IMG/VR virus record: IMGVR_UViG_3300027974_001530 | Strand: one strand, 5' to 3' | DNA length: 64,000 nucleotides | Source: a virus | Taxonomy: Duplodnaviria > Caudoviricetes | The notes under the pieces: generated by a model | Database searches by the model: none | What the model was told of the DNA's origin: nothing | What the model saw: only the letters and a program-made list of their open reading frames with translations | Translations under genes and position numbers: made by a program | Shown here: piece by piece, positions 59,086-64,000 of the stretch | How the letters are laid out: each line of letters begins with the position of its first letter | Numbering within the stretch: the stretch's first letter is position 1

Positions 59086-61095
59086 TTAATAAAAACTTGT
59101 TCCTTCGATTGATTTTGTTGCCGCCCTTACTTTATCTAAAAATTCGGGTTTAAGTATCATTGTCTCAAGAACGCCTTTTAATTCGTTTTGATTCATATTT
59201 GTTGGCACATTTTTTAAATCAATTGTCATATCCAATTTATGGTTAATATCGTTTGTCGACTTTATTTCTTTTGCCGTTGTTTCAACTTCTCTTTTGTCTA
59301 TACCCATAGTCATCATAATATCCGTTAAAGATTTTTCTCTTTGTTTTTCTATTGAGGACATTCCCATAGTCTCATTTGTTAAAATGGGTTTTGTTTCTAT
59401 TGTTGCCGGAGTAACGGATCCTTGCGGATTTTTAATAAGGTCCATCATCATCTTAACCTCATCTTCACTTTTTGGTCCATCTGTAGTTGATATAATAGTA
59501 TCTTTATCATTTATTCTACCTATTGATCCTTCAGGTCCCATAATTAATCTATCATTACCAGGTAAACTAATAAAGTCATCTAAATTAAATGTATTGGTTA
59601 AAAACGTAGTAACACTACCTATAGCATTTGTAAAACCATCCAAAGCGGTTGTCATTCCGGCCAACATAATACCTATACTTGATTCTACTGTATTTGCAAT
59701 ACCCTCTAATTTAGGCGTTATTTTAGTAACCGCATCTCCAATCAATTCAATTTTTTTATCAATAATTTGTCCGGCTTCATCACTTAATTTATCAAGTTGG
59801 GTTAAGGATACGTTAGCCAACTTATCAGTGCTTTCCGCAATTTGGGCTATCATTTTTTCTCCTGTTTTAGATCCGGCGATTTGAGATGGAATTACAGTTT
59901 CTAAAGCTTTTAATGTTTGATTAAATTTAGTGTTCACATCCATTTGGGATTCCACAAGTTTTATTAAAGTTTTATCCTCACCAGGTTTTGCCTCAAATGT
60001 TTCTTTTATTTGTTTATTTTGGGACGATAAGAAATCTTGTAATTTTGTTTTTTCATAGGCATTCATGTCTTGAAGTGCCTTCGTAACTTGTTGTCCATCT
60101 TGTTCATACGTAACTTCAAATTTACCATCTTTACCTTTGGTAAGTAAGTTGGTAAGTTTCTCCATCTCTTTAGGGTCGGCAATTTGGAGTCCTGTTGTAT
60201 TAATTAAATCTTGTTTATCTTGTAGTTGTGACATTGAGATACCCATTTTCGCTAACTCGTCAGCACTATAACCTGCCGCAGTTTCTATTTCTTTTAAAAA
60301 GTCCATACCGATTGCAGACATTTTACCTGTTTCGTCAACAAATTTTGATGACATTTTTGCAATCTCTTCTTGTAGTTTTGCGGGTTCATTTCTTGCCAAG
60401 AACCTAACCCTTTCAACATTCATCAGTTCAGAAGAACCTGTTGCCCCCAATCTTGATAGTGTGTTTACAAATTCTTGAGCCTTTTCAGGTTTATAAAGTA
60501 GTTCAGCCGAACTAACCGCCTTACCCATATCAACTCTTAAAACCGCAGATTTGGCTGCCATGTCGGCAAGTCCCATAACCCCGTCTTTAAAATTAAATTT
60601 AGATAATGCGGACATGTTTGTACTAACCGCATTGGCAACTGCCTTAGCATTAACACCAATAAGATTAGCACTCTCCATTATGTTTGCCATCTCAGAGTTC
60701 GCCTCATAAATTGATTTACCTAAATTTGCATAATTTTCAAATAAGACTTTTGATTCAATTCCTGTTGCCTGTGTTGTTGCAAATAATTCATCTGTTGCGT
60801 TTTTATTTAAAACTATTTGAGTTCCAAATGTTTCAAATAACGCCGATTGTTGTTTTACTATTGAGTCTACACTACCTCCTAATCTTGTAATTTCGGTAAG
60901 ACCTTCTGTAAGAGTTTGTTTTAAAAGAAATGCCTGTTCCCTACCGGCCCCAATTGAGCTGGCCATTTTTGAAAACTCTTTATCGATGTTTTCAACCATC
61001 TCTTGGATTCCGGTTAAATTTTTCTTTAGAGCATCTGCAAAATCTTTTCCTGTCCCAGAATCAAAAGTAGTACCCGAAGCAAAAAACATCATCAT
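59086..61095 (-). CDS. tape measure protein
   Basis: 669-aa Ala/Lys/Met-rich helical protein directly after the chaperone; TATTTAT at 61110-61116. Confidence 0.7.
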   Translation of the reverse strand: MMMFFASGTTFDSGTGKDFADALKKNLTGIQEMVENIDKEFSKMASSIGAGREQAFLLKQTLTEGLTEITRLGGSVDSIVKQQSALFETFGTQIVLNKNATDELFATTQATGIESKVLFENYANLGKSIYEANSEMANIMESANLIGVNAKAVANAVSTNMSALSKFNFKDGVMGLADMAAKSAVLRVDMGKAVSSAELLYKPEKAQEFVNTLSRLGATGSSELMNVERVRFLARNEPAKLQEEIAKMSSKFVDETGKMSAIGMDFLKEIETAAGYSADELAKMGISMSQLQDKQDLINTTGLQIADPKEMEKLTNLLTKGKDGKFEVTYEQDGQQVTKALQDMNAYEKTKLQDFLSSQNKQIKETFEAKPGEDKTLIKLVESQMDVNTKFNQTLKALETVIPSQIAGSKTGEKMIAQIAESTDKLANVSLTQLDKLSDEAGQIIDKKIELIGDAVTKITPKLEGIANTVESSIGIMLAGMTTALDGFTNAIGSVTTFLTNTFNLDDFISLPGNDRLIMGPEGSIGRINDKDTIISTTDGPKSEDEVKMMMDLIKNPQGSVTPATIETKPILTNETMGMSSIEKQREKSLTDIMMTMGIDKREVETTAKEIKSTNDINHKLDMTIDLKNVPTNMNQNELKGVLETMILKPEFLDKVRAATKSIEGTSFY

Positions 61096-61122
61096 ATTCT
61101 TTTTATTTTATAAATACCTATT

Positions 61123-61290
61123 TTATTGTTTTGGGTTATTCATTTCAATAACCTTATCTATCATATAATTTCTTTGATATGTTGGTACTTTAAGAAAATC
61201 AGAATATGACATTCTAAGAAATTTCGCTAAAAATATATATTGATCTAATAGATATTGTTTATATGTCAAAGAAAGGCCGAAAAAAGTCAA
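61123..61290 (-). CDS. tail assembly chaperone second ORF (T/gp51-like), 55 codons in the +1 frame; not in ORF track
   Basis: LTFFGLSLTYKQYLLDQYIFLAKFLRMSYSDFLKVPTYQRNYMIDKVIEMNNPKQ overlaps the chaperone 3' end; YSDFLKVPTYQR resembles the gp51/T-segment pattern. Confidence 0.7.
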   Translation of the reverse strand: MTFFGLSLTYKQYLLDQYIFLAKFLRMSYSDFLKVPTYQRNYMIDKVIEMNNPKQ

Positions 61291-62014
61291 CCCCAAACGT
61301 TATCGAGGTCGATACGTTTTCTCCAGACGGGGCTATTACTTCTAAGGTTAAATCTAACCCTGGCTCATTTTGTGAAATGAATCTTTTTATATATTTTGAA
61401 TCCATAATTGGCATGTTCTGAACAAACTCAATTATTTTACCTCTATCTGATTCACCATTTAATTCAACAATTTGTTCTTGTAGTGTCCATATTGTTAATG
61501 GAGCAACTCTACCTTTAGGATATTTGGTTTCCATATCAGTAATTTTAGTCTTATCTCCCAAAGTTAAAAGTCTTAATTTAACTGTCGCTCCAGTTCTTGG
61601 TAAAGTCGTTGTAAAAGTACCGTCTTCGTTTGGTGTTGTGTTTGGTTTTTTAAAATTAATCTCATCAATAATAAAAGTGTGTTGGAACATCTTTCCTGTT
61701 GCGGGATCCATTAAATTTATTGTGTACTCAGGACCGAATGACGTATTTCTTAAGAAGATTAAAATTGCTTCAATGTCTCCATCCAAAAGATCTTCAGGTT
61801 TTATTTCAGGTTCATATAATTTATTTCTTAACAAAGTTATTAATAAATTATTATTTTTTACTCCCGAACTTAAAACGTCCTCATCTGTTGCGTTTAAGTA
61901 ACCAATTTTTACCCCAGATTTTTTATTTTTATAATATAAACCTCTAGACGGTAACTCAACAACATCGTGAGGTAAATTAAAATTAGTCTGTCCATATAAA
62001 ATTTCATTTTCCAT
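61259..62014 (-). CDS. tail assembly chaperone / baseplate hub assembly protein (gp26/G-like)
   Basis: VELPSRGLYY, DLLDGDIEAILIFLRNTSFG, ends GVDFFRPFFDI; lies between tube and TMP. Confidence 0.75.
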   Translation of the reverse strand: MENEILYGQTNFNLPHDVVELPSRGLYYKNKKSGVKIGYLNATDEDVLSSGVKNNNLLITLLRNKLYEPEIKPEDLLDGDIEAILIFLRNTSFGPEYTINLMDPATGKMFQHTFIIDEINFKKPNTTPNEDGTFTTTLPRTGATVKLRLLTLGDKTKITDMETKYPKGRVAPLTIWTLQEQIVELNGESDRGKIIEFVQNMPIMDSKYIKRFISQNEPGLDLTLEVIAPSGENVSTSITFGVDFFRPFFDI

Positions 62015-62062
62015 ATACTTTTTTATTATAAAAATAATTACATTTGTTTTATAGTAAATAAA

Positions 62063-62092
62063 AATCCATACCGTTCAAGACAATATGGATTA
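62063..62092 (-). terminator. stem-loop/terminator after the tube gene
   Basis: AATCCATA / TATGGATT inverted repeat, T-rich downstream on the minus strand. Confidence 0.55.
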
Positions 62093-62117
62093 AATATTTT
62101 ATATGTAAAAAGATTTT

Positions 62118-62606
62118 TTAGTAAACAAGAATTGCTCTATCCATCTTTAAGGTCATTGAAACTTCAACAGGACCGTCAGTACCATAACCAACTGAACCAA
62201 AATCGGCACTTGTTGGGAAAGCGTTAACTAGAATCCATCTTTCAATTACAACCCCTGTAGGATCTAACATTTCTAAATCTACATTTCTTTTATATCCTGC
62301 AGCGTATCCCATACGACCAGTTACTGATTCCGCAACCAATCTTACCCATTCCATAACCGCTTGGGTTGATGAAGGTCCAATTGGGTCCAACATCTTAACA
62401 GTAATATCACCCCAACTAAATGAACCTGCAACATATGTTTCAGTGTTAAGGAATTTTATTGTATTTGGTGTTATGGTAATTTTTGGTCTTGATGCAGTTT
62501 GAACGAACCATTCATTGATACCCAAATCAGTAGGGAACCTCAATATAAATCGGTTCTGTTTTTTTGGTTCATACGGTATCGGCATTTTCATTAAAAGATC
62601 AGCCAT
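62118..62606 (-). CDS. tail tube protein (gp19-like)
   Basis: EPKKQNRFILRF, SRPKIT, YVAGSFSWGDITV, AVMEWV, NAFPTS. Confidence 0.9.
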   Translation of the reverse strand: MADLLMKMPIPYEPKKQNRFILRFPTDLGINEWFVQTASRPKITITPNTIKFLNTETYVAGSFSWGDITVKMLDPIGPSSTQAVMEWVRLVAESVTGRMGYAAGYKRNVDLEMLDPTGVVIERWILVNAFPTSADFGSVGYGTDGPVEVSMTLKMDRAILVY

Positions 62607-62692
62607 GTTTTCAATTTTTTAATTTAAGTTTATTTTTATTTTTATTATAAATATACGGTAGAAAAAATTTTTCTATTTACTTCAAGTTTTTT

Positions 62693-63595
62693 TTAAAATA
62701 TTCTTCTACTAGACCGGTGCTCATATAATCTTTTTTCACCTCCTTTAGTTAAATATATATTTAAATCTTTATTACCTATATCTGAAAATCTTTTCTTTAC
62801 TGATTGTACATTTCTTTCATCATCATCTGAAAAACCAAATGAAGGTTTATTGAATTTAAATAGACCTCCTCCAATAGACTCTTTACCTGTGTTAACGTGA
62901 TTTACAAATTGAGCCTTTTGGAATTTTTTGGACGACCTCATCATTTTATTGTAGTATTTTAATAATTCATTAAATTTGGCCTCTTCTGGGTTTGACGCAG
63001 ATCCACTACCGTAAGACACGGGAGAGAATTGACATCTGTCCAAGTAATCAGTTATTAACCAACTTTCATTTTCAATTTGTTTTAATCCCGAAAGTCTCCT
63101 GTATTCCTTTAAATGTCTAACCAACTCACTTTTTTCAATACCGTACATATTATTTTCTATAATATATTTAACGGCCTTTTTAAGTGTTGCCGGTGAATGT
63201 CCTCTAGCGGTTACAATTGCAATCACAGAACCATTGTTAATAGCCTCTTTAAAGTCATTCCATACTTCCTTAGACGCTATTGGTGCTTGTTTGATATCTT
63301 CTAAAAACTTTCTATCTCCCGTAACACTAAAGTCTCTAAATGGGTCTGTATCATAACCAACTATAGTTTGTCCTTCATACTCAAAAGGATTTCCTATTAA
63401 AGTTCGATACTCAGCAAAATCCTCCGTATTCATTCCTATAACATTACCGTCCTCATCTTTAAAATAAATTTTAGTTGGCATTTTCATGAGGTTATCATCC
63501 CAATCAAAAGCGTAATATTTAGAAGCATAATTTGTTGATTTTTGATCAACCACTTCTTTTAATATTTTTTTTGCTAAAAATTTGTAATAATTCAT
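62693..63595 (-). CDS. HAD-superfamily hydrolase/phosphatase
   Basis: YAFDWDDN (motif I), IVTARGH (II), GFSDDD (IV). Start moved to ATG 63595 (MNYYKF), just after TATTTAT at 63601-63607. Confidence 0.7.
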   Translation of the reverse strand: MNYYKFLAKKILKEVVDQKSTNYASKYYAFDWDDNLMKMPTKIYFKDEDGNVIGMNTEDFAEYRTLIGNPFEYEGQTIVGYDTDPFRDFSVTGDRKFLEDIKQAPIASKEVWNDFKEAINNGSVIAIVTARGHSPATLKKAVKYIIENNMYGIEKSELVRHLKEYRRLSGLKQIENESWLITDYLDRCQFSPVSYGSGSASNPEEAKFNELLKYYNKMMRSSKKFQKAQFVNHVNTGKESIGGGLFKFNKPSFGFSDDDERNVQSVKKRFSDIGNKDLNIYLTKGGEKRLYEHRSSRRIF

Positions 63596-63624
63596 ATCAT
63601 ATAAATATGTCATATGTATAAAAA

Positions 63625-63648
63625 AAAAGAGGGAATTACCCCTCTTTT
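63625..63648 (-). terminator. rho-independent terminator after the sheath gene
   Basis: AAAAGAGGG-AATTAC-CCCTCTTTT with a T8 run on the minus strand. Confidence 0.8.
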
Positions 63649-63668
63649 AAATTTAGATTTTTTATTTA

Positions 63669-64000
63669 TCAAACATCTTCGAAAGAAGCTCCCGTTGGTG
63701 TTATAAAGAATGTAATATCTATGAACTCTAACGATCTTGTTGGTTTGATGTAAATTTTACCTGTCATTTGATTTCTATCTAAATCAGCAGTGTCACTTGA
63801 AACCGTTACTCTAAAGTCGTAAAGACCTCTGTCTCTTCTGATTCCGTCTAAAATAGGGTTAACCGCATTTAAGAAATCTTGTCTTACTTTTTCATCGTTT
63901 TGATCGAAAAGTAATCTAACTGAAACCGCAGATATTAATTTACGTGCTTGTAATAACAATCTTCTAACGTTGATTCTATCAAGGGCTGATTGTCTAACTT
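63669..64000 (-). CDS. tail sheath protein (gp18-like), C-terminal part; begins beyond the window end
   Basis: SALDRINVRRLLLQARKLI...LFDQND...RGLYDFRV...GKIYIKPTRSLEFIDITF. Confidence 0.95.
   Translation of the reverse strand, partial: VRQSALDRINVRRLLLQARKLISAVSVRLLFDQNDEKVRQDFLNAVNPILDGIRRDRGLYDFRVTVSSDTADLDRNQMTGKIYIKPTRSLEFIDITFFITPTGASFEDV

Noticed and set aside
61259-61295. Canonical -1 frameshift for the G/GT chaperone
   Set aside because: The -1 frame reads CTT TTT TCG GCC TTT CTT TGA and terminates; only the +1/-2 frame is open.
291-61947. Short plus-strand ORFs in the track (e.g. 291..479, 2909..3181, 9106..9540, 46675..47160, 59294..59884) and nested alternative-frame ORFs
   Set aside because: They are antisense or out-of-frame shadows of well-supported genes, with mirror-image composition and no recognisable motifs.
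1-64000. Alternative genetic code (TAG or TGA reassignment)
   Set aside because: Genes are full-length under code 11, and TAG (44188) and TGA (23678, 36802, 39162) end genes at sensible positions.
36802-64000. Bacterial contractile injection system (eCIS/T6SS/tailocin) or prophage
   Set aside because: The tail genes are interleaved with phage-type replication genes, and no integrase, att site or host housekeeping context is visible.
1-64000. tRNA, rRNA or other structured RNA genes
   Set aside because: Intergenic gaps are short (mostly under 120 nt) and AT-rich; I found no cloverleaf or T-loop signature by eye. tRNAscan-SE or Infernal would be decisive.

Overview
The window is an AT-rich (roughly 30% GC by eye), gene-dense segment of a large lytic myovirus (T4-like or jumbo tailed phage). 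It uses the standard genetic code, and nearly all genes are on the minus strand. It contains a contractile-tail module: sheath C-terminus, tube, tail chaperone, tape measure, tube-initiator-like, LysM, giant hub, gp25-like, gp6/J-like and several large baseplate or fibre proteins. These are interleaved with replication and recombination genes: SSB, RecA/UvsX, 5'-3' exonuclease, DnaB-like helicase, class II RNR, RuvC-like resolvase, primase, PD-(D/E)XK nuclease and SbcD/SbcC. The main candidate new system is at 14487-15464. This glycosyltransferase has motifs matching, from recall, plant peptide O-glycosyltransferases (SGT1/GT96, HPAT/GT95). It sits among at least five Cys-rich virion-type proteins with mucin/extensin-like Pro-Thr and Thr-Ser tracts and SprB-like repeats, which suggests phage-encoded O-glycosylation of the virion. 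Other highlights: a candidate +1 programmed frameshift (UUU_UUU_CGG) in the tail chaperone; an SbcC that appears to carry the SbcD C-terminal domain; two promoter classes (leaderless TTG-N20-TATATTTT, and TATTTAT); and two new-looking repeated protein modules. All family assignments come from motif recognition, not from database searches.
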